Assembly (NCBI RefSeq): GCF_009914755.1
Contig: NC_060926.1
DNA length: 64,000 nucleotides
Direction: 5' to 3' (one strand)
Source: the human T2T-CHM13v2.0 reference genome, Homo sapiens
A program made the position numbers and the translations under genes. This document shows positions 21,385 to 36,185 of the stretch, piece after piece. Position 1 is the stretch's first letter, and each line of letters begins with the position of its first letter. A model generated the notes under the pieces. It was not told the origin of the DNA, made no database searches, and was given only the letters and a program-made list of their open reading frames with translations.

Positions 21385-21950
21385 GTGTAGACTCTGGATT
21401 CAAAGAAAACCAAATCATATCCAAATTGTCTCATTTCCTAGCTATGTGACCTTGGGCAACAGCGTGACCTTTCCAAGCCTCAGTTCCCTCATCTGTAAAA
21501 TGGAAGAAATAACATTACATACCTGCCAGGACTGTTGTGAGGATATAATGAGGTAATGAAAGTAGCACTGTGTACCAGTGTATCTAGTAGTAAATGGTCA
21601 TCATTGTTCTAAGCCACATATATGCAAATGGATGAATACATATGGGTATATGTATGCATATATATTTTTTACTAAAACATGCCCTGTGGCACAATCTATA
21701 TGTAGTATAGGATAGTGATGAAACCAAAAGAAGCAATGAATCAATCTAAGAAAAAAGAAGCTTTTGTTATTACTGTTATTACTTTCCCAAGTACGACCTC
21801 ATTTTTGACAACTTTGTGAGGTGTTATTATTACTCCATTTCTGCAGTGAGGAACACTGAAGCCTAGGGAGGGGAAGGTCGCCCAGTTACAAATGGTAGAT
21901 GTGGAAGCAGAACAATGACGCTCTGTCTTCAAGTCTAGAGCTCTTTGGAC
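21385..21950. mobile_element. Two MIR fragments in opposite orientation (~21385-21600 +, ~21780-21950 -)
   Basis: tgtgaccttgggcaac...gcctcagttccctcatctgtaaaatgg, and ccatttctgcagtgaggaacactgaagcctag. Confidence 0.7.
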
Positions 21951-24900
21951 AAACTACAGAAGGAAAATTCAGGATAATTTCTTGAAAGCAATAATTATTC
22001 TGTGACTCAGAATTAAACATACAACGTTCAGTCCTATAATAGAGCAAATATATTAAGAAAAAGAATCTTTTAGCCCTGCACTGTACTACCAGTTCACTTT
22101 GCTCCCTAGCAGGAAGGGCATTCCCATAGCTCTCTGCTGTTCTTGCCCATCTGGGAATACTCACACGAGTAGGGCAAGTGGGCCCATCAGTTGTGCTGGT
22201 CTAAGCTCCCCATGTCTCATTGCTTTCCTGCCTCTGTGTCTTTGCCTACATGGTGTTGCCCACTTGTAACACCTGCTCACACCTTTGCTTATGAAGATCC
22301 TGCCCATACAATTACAGCCAGTGCTGGCAGACATTACTGGTGCCACTCATTCATTTGTTCCACAAATTTGTACTGAACAGCAATTATTGCCAGGCACTGA
22401 TCTCACTGCTGTGAGTAATCACACCGAACAAGCATTATCTCTCCTATTTTTTCCTTCTTTGCATCTGAACTTGTCTCTTAGTACCTATATTACAGTTGTT
22501 CCTTTGATCTTGAGAGCTCCAACAGGGTTATAGTTCAGAGCTTGGGACACAGGAGAAAGCACTTTTTCAAATTTATTGGATTGAAGAGAAGGAAAAGTGC
22601 TGAATTTGACAGAATGAAACAGCATTGGATATAAATATGCTCAGAAACTTATACAAGGTAGTCAAACTTGAAGAAGGCTGAATTGGTTTAAGAGATTCAA
22701 GGAAACTTTTGGCTTCACAGGGAGATGTAAGAAGGCAATTAGGTACCATTAGGGCCAAATTTGTCTTTTGTCATCATGCGGAAGAAAGATTAAAAAGGTT
22801 AAAGATGAAATTTAGAGAGTGTTCCGAGTTGGAGTTTCATCAAAAGGAGCAGGGAAATAGGATAGAGAAAAAATAATTACGGAAACCAGTATAAAGAAAA
22901 TCTGTGAAAATTCCTTATTTTTTAAAAGTACACTTTTTGTACAGGGAGTACTCCCAAGAGTAGCAGAGAACATTACAGAAATGTTACAGAAATAGAGAAA
23001 GTGATTTATATAAAGAACATGTTTTCATATGTATCATTTTTGATATGCCTCTCCCTTCTGCTCAACCACCACAGACAGGAGGTTCCCCTAGAGTTTATGG
23101 CTGATCAAATCTGATGTTTAAAATACATTGTTTCTGAAGAAAACTGTGGTCTGATCTAAGATGTGATATACAGGAAGCTGCTGTTATAATTTAATCTGGG
23201 CCATAATTGTTTTACAACTTAGGTAACTTTTTAGACTTAGTGTATCTACCTGAATTGTGGTAGAGACAGGAATAATTTTCAGTGAACGTAATGAAAAGCT
23301 CAATCCTTAAGTGTTATAGTATTCAATACTCAACTGCTAAAATAATTTTAAAGTTGGCCAAGGCATAAAATTTATAGCCTGAAGTCTTGCCAAAATCACG
23401 GTAATGAGACCATAAATCAATAGAATGTCCCTAAAAATAAATTTTGCTGGTTATTTGTTGCATACATATTATTATTAAGGTTCCTTGCATATCTAAAATA
23501 TTATTTTCCTTATGCATATGGTATATAATAAATGGATACTGTGGTACATTTTGTGTGCAGTATAGAATAGTGGTGAAAGCAAAAGAAGAAACAATATATT
23601 TAAAAATAAGCATTTCAGTATCGTTTTTCTTACTGTTCTATTCTCACCTCCTCCGTTAAGTTTAACAGGAAGTCACAACTCTCAGTTGCATAACTTGTGT
23701 TTTCCATTCTCTGCATATTTTTCAGCTGAGCACTTATTAGAAATATGAAGTCACTTCAAGTGACAACACCATCGTGACACCTCCTATCAAAAGTGACGTC
23801 ACTTTTGTCTATAATCAAAGCACTGGGGCTCTCCTACCAAATCATTTCACTTGCCATAGGGCTACTGCTGTAGATCATGCTTCTTTACGGGCTGCAGAGC
23901 TGGGGGCTGCCTTTGGAGTGGAGAGACAGCAATTACAAACGTTGAAGAGGATGGAGTTCTGCTTTCAGTTCAGCTCAGCAGCCACATAATGTATTGTTGA
24001 AGCAGTGGGAAGGTATGTTCCTACCCTCGCAGGCAAAATTTCACAGACTTTTATGTGTTGTCATTATTGCCATTGTTATTTTTTTGTTTCCAGAACTGAT
24101 GTACTGAATCGCATATTAGTTTATGTGATAAAAAAGGTAAATTTGTTTTTTCCCTCTATATTTGGTATTTTGATTTTTTTTACAACAAGTATGAAAGTGT
24201 GTTACTTTTATAAACAGAAAAAAGTATCTGTTTTTCAATTCTACCAACACTTATGGAGGGTCTGCTATATGCCACACACTGTGCTGAGTATTGGGAATCC
24301 AAAGTTGAAAGAGATAATTCCACCTCCAGGTCATTTCATCAAAAACCCATTCACCAAGAACCCATTTGTCAAGGTGATTCCTGGTCCTTTGTTCTCAAAA
24401 ACTCACAAGCTAAAAGAAAACACAGACATGTAAGCAGTCATGAGATGTCTGCTTCATTGGTGATGAACAAAGCTATTGTTCAAGGCTCAGAGAGGAAAAT
24501 AATTCTTTGGAGGTTAGGAATGGATCCAATGAAATAAAGCAACCTTGGTGTCTCACCCTAGGAGACATAGCTTCATAAGAGGGTTGTGGGTTGGATTCCA
24601 TCACCCACTTGTCCTTCTGTCTGGTTCATTTGTGCAAGACATAACCTGTCAACCACGCTTCAATGCCTTGGAGAACTCTACTGTTTTGAAAACATCTGCT
24701 TTGGTCTTGATGCTATCTTATCAGATTCTGCAAAAGCTGACCAGCCATTTCCGTTGTGTCTCATCAGGTCCTTAGTCACCTATGACAATTGGACCGAATG
24801 CTCCTCCCACAAGCAAAATCACCATAGCTTGTTTCCAATGAGAATCTTAGGTTACATTAAGTATCTGGGTGATTCAGCTGGTACCTGACCTCAGTCCTCA

Positions 24901-26144
24901 GAAATACTGACTTTCTGTCAATGCATAGACAGTGAAGAATAAATTTTGTATTTTCCTGTATATGTTATGCCAGGATTATATTCATCAATAAACTTCAATT
25001 TGGGAGGTGGAGAAGAGTCCAAAAATGTACTCTTATTCTAAATACTAGGTCCTCTTTCTGACTATTCAAGTAGGGCTACTTACAGAAGGCCAGATACAAC
25101 TATATCTATTCTACATTACTGCTTACTTCCTGCAGGAGTAAGGTATTAGTCATATGGTACGTTTGGTTGAAATGAACATTATGACCACAGAAAAAACTTA
25201 GAATGTGTTGGATTGTCAGAAAAACTTCATTTGCTTGAATTGTGCTCTGATCATTACATGTAATGCTTTGGTAAGGGCCGTGATGGACAAAGTCAATGGT
25301 ACTCTTCCATTCCCAATGTGAAGCTAAGATCACATATGTACCCTTTGTTCACTGATGCTGACAAGAGGGAATTGGTTTGATAATACAGTGCTTTTACACC
25401 TATGATACGACACCACCTTCTCTGCAGAATCATATCACCTGTACATTTCATCCTAAATTAATGCCCTTGTCAGCTGGTCTTGTGGCTGTGCAATTACTTT
25501 GCAAGCTAAAATTTAGATAAAGAAGAATCAGCCTAGTTATAATAAAATAGCCCAAGGAAAGTTGAGAAATGCTAATTCAAGTTAGAAAGAAATACCCGAG
25601 TAGCCTAGAAAATAATCTTCTAATAAAATCAGTGTAGATTTACAATAAGTTAAAAGGAATAACCTTATAGATTTAGAATTTTTTTAAAAGCATATTGCAT
25701 GAAATTTAGACAAAGGTGGCATGCTTTGGGAACAGTCCATCCCACTTAACTTTCTCGGTTAAAGCAGGACACCACTGAAGGCTGCTTGAAGACTCAGCTC
25801 CAGTATAATTACTTGCAATTACTTAATTACTGTCCTCTTTGGTTCATCACATACCTCATGGGCAGGAGACACCTCTGTCTTACTGCCTGTTGTATCCCAA
25901 CATCAGAAGTGTTCCTGGCAGAGAAACTCCCCAACATATACTTGTTGAATGAATAAATGACTGAAAGTAAATTTACTCAAATGTCTCAGAAATGACAAGA
26001 TGCTTGAGGTGGACAGTAAATAAATCTTTGGGAATCCATCGCTTCCACTAAGAAAGCAACTCAAATATCCCTCCCGTTGGAGTGGCAAAGAATAATGAAA
26101 TATACGTGAGATCTCCATGTGATTCTTTTTGCATTACTTTGAGC

Positions 26145-27490
26145 AGAGTCTCAATCTTGGCTACATCTTACAATCACCTGGGGAGCTTTACAAAATCCAA
26201 TAGGAACAGAATCTCTGGAGTGGGGCTGCGCATGGCTAATTTTCAAATGCGTCATTAGGGATTCTAATAAAGCAGGCAATGTTGAGAACACTGAGTGTGG
26301 GGTATTCTTTCCCAAACTTGTCTGATTATTAGAATTACCTGAGCTGCTCAGTCCCACAACAAATCAAAAATGGTATCAAGGGATTTTCATCTTTGCCAGT
26401 TTGGAAGATAAAAAGTGCTCTTATTTTAGCAGAGAAATACAAGTTTCTAATAGCTTAAGGCTGTTCTGACTTCAAATTTCAAAGACTTGCCATTGCATCT
26501 AATTTAGTGCCAACACAAATGTAATTTATTGCATGATTATCTTCCAGAACATCCTCGGGCATTTCTTCTTGTCCTAAAATAATACTTCTACAACTCCCAT
26601 TAGACTCTATCTTTATTACTGTAAGTCGATTCTCATCTATCTAAAGTAATTGCAGCATGTGATTAAGTGTCAGGATGAGTTGTTTGGACACTAAGTGCTG
26701 TGGGAGTGCAGAGGAGAGAAAACTCGATGTGGATTTTAATGACACATAGAGAAGGACATGGGCTGCAACTTGAAGGATGGTTGGGGGAGTAGGAAATTGC
26801 ATCCTGGGCAGAGGGCATTGCAAGCAATGAGTAGAGTCCATTCTAAGAATACAAAATACCCACATCCTAAATCCACCATTGCTTATTTTTCTTCCGATGC
26901 CTGGATGCATCCCTCCTTTGTGAACTCCCTGAATCCTACCTCTCCGAGCCACATTCCCAAATTCCACCTTTGACCTATTCAGTGAGAATTGGAAATGGGG
27001 GCTGGAAATCTACACTTTTAACAAGTTCCCCAAGTGATTTTTGTAATGAAACACAAACTGAGAAGGATGTATCTATCTACACTGTTCAAGAGGAAGATAG
27101 ATGGGACACAGTATCCTCCAAAGAGAACCAAATGCAACAAACCAATGCTTCTATCAAAATAAATCAGACCTGGCGTTTTTCATCTATCAAACTGGCAAAG
27201 ATTAAAACACTTTATACCACTCAGGTTGATGATGGGATGAGATTTTACGCACTGCTGGTGGGAATGTGAATTGGCACGTTACTAAAGGACAATTTGGCAA
27301 TTCTTATAAAAAGCCTTAATATTTTTCACACCCTTTGACATAGCAATTTCACTTTTAGAAATTTATCCTAAGGCTGTGGTCTCAACCTTGGCAGTTTATC
27401 AGAATCACTTGTGAAGCTTTATGAACTGCAGATTTCTGGGTCACATTCCTTTGAGATTCTGGGATTGAAGTCTGGGAATCTGTTGAATCT
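26145..27490. mobile_element. Cluster of MER5-like hAT MITE fragments and an L1ME piece
   Basis: Repeated ...tctcaa(t/c)cttggc...aatcacctggggagcttt...agaatctctgg motifs at ~26145, ~26300, ~26900 and ~27372. Confidence 0.55.
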
Positions 27491-27912
27491 GTTTGTTTGT
27501 CTTTTAATACTAATATAATTGGGGCCTATTTTTTAAAAGTTCAAGTAATAGAAAAATCAAAAATTGGTGAGATCTTCATCTTTCACTTCCTCCCTTGATT
27601 CCCTGCAGGTAATCATACTAGACATTGTTTTGTGTTTTTTCATTTGATAACATAATATAGTCATTATTCCATTTCAGTGTGTTCAGATATAGTTTTTTAA
27701 TAGTGCTATAAGTTGCATGGAGATACTTCAATTTATTTAATCAATGTGGACATTTAAGAATAGACTTTTTAAGATCATTTTTGCATTTTTATTATGAATA
27801 ATAATACAATGATCTTTCTTGAATGTATCCTTTATCTATGTGAGAATTTCTGTAGGATAATTATCTAGAAATGGAATTGCTTTGTCACATTAAACTTGGA
27901 TTGTTATGATCG

Positions 27913-28235
<323 letters not shown>

Positions 28236-29096
28236 TAAGACCTATGGTTCTGACAAAATAATCACAAATATGAAAGAAATTTTAACAACAGGTATGTGTA
28301 CTTCACCTGTGTATACTGGTGAAAAACTAAAAAATTAATAAACGTCCAATTAGTAGGTGAATTAAAATATGCTAAAAAGGGTCCCGAAAGATGGGACACC
28401 CTTGGGGTCATTCTTTGCCCTTTGACTTCTTGCTGGTTGATCAGAATATAGGAGAGGAGAATGAGTTGTTTTAGATATCAATTATGGCACTTTAAAATAA
28501 TTTAAAGTACATGTGAGGCTTTTAATTTCATTGTGCTTATAAAGATAGAATGGAGTAAGAATGGAAAAGGAATGCCCATTTCCAGAGGGCTAGTTAAATT
28601 ATGGTACATTCATAAGACATGAAAGACTTACCTAAGAGCACTGTAAAGCATTGCTAAGAGAAATTGAAGACCTGAATAAATGAAAAGATGTTTTGTGTTT
28701 ATGAATTGGAAGATTCAAAATTATTAAGATGTCATTTTTTCCCCAAAATTATCTATAGATTTAGTGTAATCCCAATGAAAATCCCTGCAGGTTTATTTGT
28801 TGAAATTGTCAAGCTACTACTAATATTTATATGAAAATTCCAAGGATCAAGAAAAATCGAGGCAATTTTGAAGAAGAACAAGGTTTCTAGACTTTTACTA
28901 TCATATATCAAGACTACAAATCTATGGTAGTTATCTATAATGTGGTATAGGTGCAGGGAGAGACAAATAGACTAACATACTAGAGACTCACATAAATAAA
29001 AGTCCCCAGATTCATGTCAAAAACACCACTGCAGTGCAATGAGGAAGGGATGATCATTTCAAGAAATGGCTCTGGGTCAATTAGATAACCACATGG

Positions 29097-29136
29097 ATCA
29101 CTTATTAGCCTTTTGGCTAAGGTCAAGTGTAGTATC
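29097..29136 (+). pseudogene. 3'-truncated U2 snRNA retrocopy (first ~40 nt)
   Basis: atcacttattagccttttggctaaggtcaagtgtagtatc vs U2 ATCGCTTCTCGGCCTTTTGGCTAAGATCAAGTGTAGTATC. Flanking duplication (ta/a)ccacatgg. Confidence 0.88.
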
Positions 29137-29710
29137 CACATGGAAAAAGCCTACTTTACCCCTATCTCGTTCCAGATATAAAAGGCATCCAATGGATCAT
29201 AGTCCTAAATGTAAAAGACTAAAACACTAAAGGTCCCAGAAGAATACCTAAAAGAATGTTATGATCTAAGGCAAGCAAAGTTTCTTTAAAAAAAGACACA
29301 AAGAACGGTAACATTTTAAAAAATTGAAAAATTGAGCCTCAATTAAAACTAAGAACTGTTGTTCATCAAAAGACACCATGTAGAGGAGACTGAAAAGGTA
29401 AGGCACAGTGCAGAAGACATTAGCAATACATATATCTGACAAAGACCCACTTGGAATATGTAAAGAATTAAAAATTAGTAAAACAGAGACAGACAAAACA
29501 ATTTTAAATGATCAAAAAGCCTAGGCAACATACGGAGACTCTGCCTCTACAAAAATAAAAATAGAAAAATAAAAAAATTAACCAGGTATGGTGGCATGCT
29601 AGTGAGCCGTGATTGAGCCACTGCACTCTAGCATGGGTGACAGAGCAAAACCTTGTCTCAACCAATCAACAGGCAAAGGAATTCAAGAGGTACTTTAAAA
29701 AAAGAGGATA

Positions 29711-31078
<1,368 letters not shown>

Positions 31079-31091
31079 AAAGAGGATATTA

Positions 31092-31200
31092 GTGCTTGCT
31101 TCAGCAGCACATATACAAAAATTGGAAAGATACAGAGTAGATTAGCATGGCCCCTGATCAAGAATGACACACAAATTTGTAAAGCATTCCATATTTTTTT
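31092..31200 (+). pseudogene. Full-length U6 snRNA pseudogene (5' part of a U6/L1 chimera)
   Basis: gtgcttgcttcagcagcacatatacaaaaattggaaagatacagagtagattagcatggcccctg...attccatattttttt aligns to U6 end to end. Confidence 0.95.
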
Positions 31201-31351
31201 TGTTTGTAACTCAAAGGGGAAGTGCTTGAGGGGATGGAAATACCTTATTCTCCATGATGTGCTTATTTCACATTGCATGCCTGTATCAAAACATCTCATG
31301 TACCCCACAAATATATACACCAACTATGTACCTACAAAAATTTAAAAAAAT
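31201..31351 (+). mobile_element. L1MA-type 3' terminus fused to U6
   Basis: tgtttgtaactcaaagg...catgcctgtatcaaaacatctcatgtacccc...tatgtacctacaaaaattt, then an A tail and TSD aaagaggatat. Confidence 0.85.
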
Positions 31352-32646
31352 AAAGAGGATATCAAAATGGCCATCAAGCATAAAATTCTCAACATTATTA
31401 ATCATCAGGATAATGGAAATTAAAATTACAATGATTTACCACTAGACACACCCTGAATTCATAAAAATGAAAAAAAAAAAAAGACTGGCAATAACATGTG
31501 TTGACTAGGAAGTAGAGCAACTGAACTCTCATATACTTCTGTGACAGTGTTAATTACCACAACCACCATGGAAAGTTGTGTGGCAGCAACTCCTAAATCC
31601 ACACATCTTAATGCCCTATTACCCAGCCATTGTACCTCTGGGAATATGCTCAAAAGAAATGAGTGCTTATGCCTACTACTAAAAGTTACAAACAAAAATG
31701 TTCCTGAGTTTCATTCATAATAAGCAAAAACTGGAAATAGTCTAAGTATCCACCCACAGAAGAATGAATAAATAAATTGTACTATAGTTATACAATGGAA
31801 TACTAAGCTGTAATTAAAAACAAAACAAAACAAAGAAAAATACACATTAAACAGCATGGATAAATCTCATAACACAGAGTGAAAAAAGTCTAACTCCAGA
31901 AAATTATTCTGTGAAATTTCACTCATATGAAGTTCAAGATAGTCAAAACAAATCTACAGTGATGTAAGAATAGTGGTTACCTTTGTGACTGGTGTTGACT
32001 AGGAAAAGCATGGGAGAGACTTCTACATCTGGAACTGGTGGTAGTTATATGGATGTATATTAAAAAAATTCATTGAGCTATACAATTAAACTTTGTGTGT
32101 TTTACCATATGCTTATTTTGCATCAATAAAAGCATCTTTAAAAAGTGATGCACAAAAGTGATGCACTTTGCTCTAAGTGCCTTGTATTAAAATATGACAT
32201 AATATTTGACCTCAGTCTACACCTCTTTCAGTTTGACTGTATAATCTTCTCATGAAACAGAGTGTGCAGTGAAAAGAAATGGCTCTCCTACGCAATTTCT
32301 AAGTGAATCTCGACCACTTTGTCATTGTACTGTGTTTTGTTTGAGGAACTTCAAGATCTTCTGTATTCCTGGAGTCCAGAGTGTCAGAGCTCCTGACTTA
32401 GCTCCTGGGGAGTTGGGGATGGTTCAGAAAGACCACCTCCCCCGCTCCCTAGGTGAAGGCTAGTTCTAGGTGTGTCTTGGACTCCCTTTCACTTTAGTCC
32501 TTTCTCCTCTCCAGAGTGGGTACATTTTCTCTCAGCTTCCAGAGGTTTAGTGTCTCCCTCCTTCTGCTAAAAGGTTTCCTCTACCCTTCCTTCTTCTGGT
32601 CCCATCCAGCCTGACCTTCTCTCACATGTACCATATTCTCGAAATA

Positions 32647-33100
32647 CAGATGCTTCTCCACTCATGAGGGGGCTACGTCCCAATAAACCCATCATCAGTT
32701 GAAAATATTCTAAATTGAAAATGTGTTTAATACACCTAACTTACTGAACACCATACCTTAAACATGCTCAAAACACTTACACTAGCCTCGAATTGGGCAA
32801 AATCGTCTAACACAAAACCTATTAGGTAATAAAGTGTTGAATATCTCACATAATGTATTGAATATAGTACACTGTAGAATATTGGTTGTTCATCCTCATG
32901 TTTGCTTAGCTGGCTGGGAGCAGGGGCTCGCTGCGACTGACCAGCATCGTGAGAGTATTGTACTGCGTTATTATTGCTAGCCCCGGAAAAGATCAAAATT
33001 CAAAATTTGAAGTATGGTTCCTACTGGGTGTGTATTGCTTTTGCACCATCATAAAGTTGAAAAATTGTAAGCCAAACCATCCTAAGTTGAAGACCATCTG
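32647..33100. mobile_element. Tigger5/MER47-like Tc1-mariner non-autonomous element
   Basis: TA-cagatg... and ...catctg-TA termini with imperfect TIRs; internal sequence matches the remembered MER47. Confidence 0.8.
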
Positions 33101-33268
33101 TACACTTCTTTGCAAAACCAATTCCTTCCATCCTTAGAAACTGCTGATTTCAGCAAGGAAAATCTTAAAATCTAAATTGCTCTTATGAACTCTAAACTGA
33201 ATTTGCAATAATGACATTTAGTTAGGAATATTCATTGCAATAAGGCAATATTCATATTTTCAATGTTA

Positions 33269-33616
<348 letters not shown>

Positions 33617-34598
33617 CTATATGCTGGGCTCTGTGTTAAGCAGTGGAAAGCAAAGATGAATGCACTCAAAGAGCTCACAGTCTTATGCAGGAGGCAGGCA
33701 AATATGTAGACACATTAGTTCCAGTTATTTCCCATTATAATAACTTCCTACTGTACATCACGTAGAGTTTATCAAACTCATCTTGTTGTCCCACCTCCCT
33801 CCCTAAACCTAATCTCCATTGTGCATCAATATCTGTGTCTATCTATGTCAATAACCCAGGATAAAACCCTCAGCCATCTCTTATTTTTCACTTTCTCACA
33901 TTTACTCATTACATGTCAATTCTTTCACCAAATTCTCTCACAAGTCCAGAACATATTCTTCATTCCTATGCCACTTCCTAGATCAGAATCCTAATTTCCT
34001 TTTCCTTGCACTATGACAATAATGTTCAAACAGGTCTCCATGCCTCCAGTTGCACCACTGCTATTCTATACTCCACAGTGTTGCCAGAGAAGTCTCTGTC
34101 TCTATAGTTCTATGTCTCCACCTCTAGGAAGACTTCTTATTTGTTAGGAATACAAATGTAAGAATCCGAGGGAAAAGATTTGGTGAGTTGATGATTTGCT
34201 TAGCTACAGAGAGCCAATGAAATATTAATTATTTCTAACATAAATCTTGACATATAAATAATGGAAACCTGGTAAGCTGTGAAAGGCAGCTGTTTTTTTA
34301 AAAGTTTGATATGGTACAGATTATCTTCCCATTCCTGTATCTTTCTACTGAGGCAGAGGTCACAGATTAAACGATAGAAATCAGGCAGGTTCTTGATGTC
34401 ACAGGCATTTACGAGGTTCTCATTTTTTAGGCGCCAACACAGCTCTTGGCTACCTGCGTAACTTTACACCTCATTGTGCACTTAAAAGCCCACTGGAGGT
34501 GAGATGACTATGTTCTTGACAGAAGTAGCCAATCAGAGCATATGGTAATAGACAACTGGAAATTGACTATCTACTGAGCCATTGGCTGTGGATCCTCA

Positions 34599-35138
<540 letters not shown>

Positions 35139-35974
35139 TAAAGGAAGCTGTTCAATGCCTACAAATTAAATTTAGAGATCTACTAAGTTTAGATATCTAC
35201 TTGACCGTTGCTCCCTTCAGTCACAATTTTAAAGCTAAACATAAATTAATTTTGAACTGATTTGGATTATACTGACAAACTTGTTTTCAAGCAGATCTAT
35301 TTATTTTTGCTCCCATTTTTATGCTTTTGCTTATTAAACCTACTTTAACAAAATTTATATTAAAATATGTTAGAGGCCTATTTAAGGTAAAAAGTCTTGT
35401 GAGCTGTCTCGGTTTTGATTAAGTATCTCTTTGAAAGTTTCCAAATCACAATGGGTTTAGAACAGTGTAGATGGCTTTCTTATAGGTCTTCATCTCCATG
35501 AAATGGGGACAAATAAACATTTTCTAAAAACTTAGTTGAAAGACACAATTATCCTACTTTTTATGTGATTATCTGCCCAAATTTTGCTTAACAACCACCA
35601 TGATGCTCCTAGCCAATGAAGCAATAGATAGTGAAAATCAACAGCTGACTGTCAACACCTTCATGTCGTCTTTCTCTACCAGCATCTGTATCTCCCCACC
35701 CACTTCCTCAGTGGTACGGTTAGTTGTCACACTAGAGGCTGTAGAAATCTCATTTTTTTTTCCTGGCCACAGACTGCCCTCTGGGTTGGCAGCTTCTCTG
35801 CAAGCTTCTGTTACAGCTGTCAGGCCAGCAGATTCACATGCTGGGGTTTCCATGTCAGCTCCTGGACAGATTGGGTGGGCTTCTTCTGTAAGTACCCAGG
35901 ATGACATGGGTCTTGGACTTGACTTTTCATCACATGAAATAGTTTCCCCTCACCTTGGTATATTACAGCTAATC

Positions 35975-36185
<211 letters not shown>

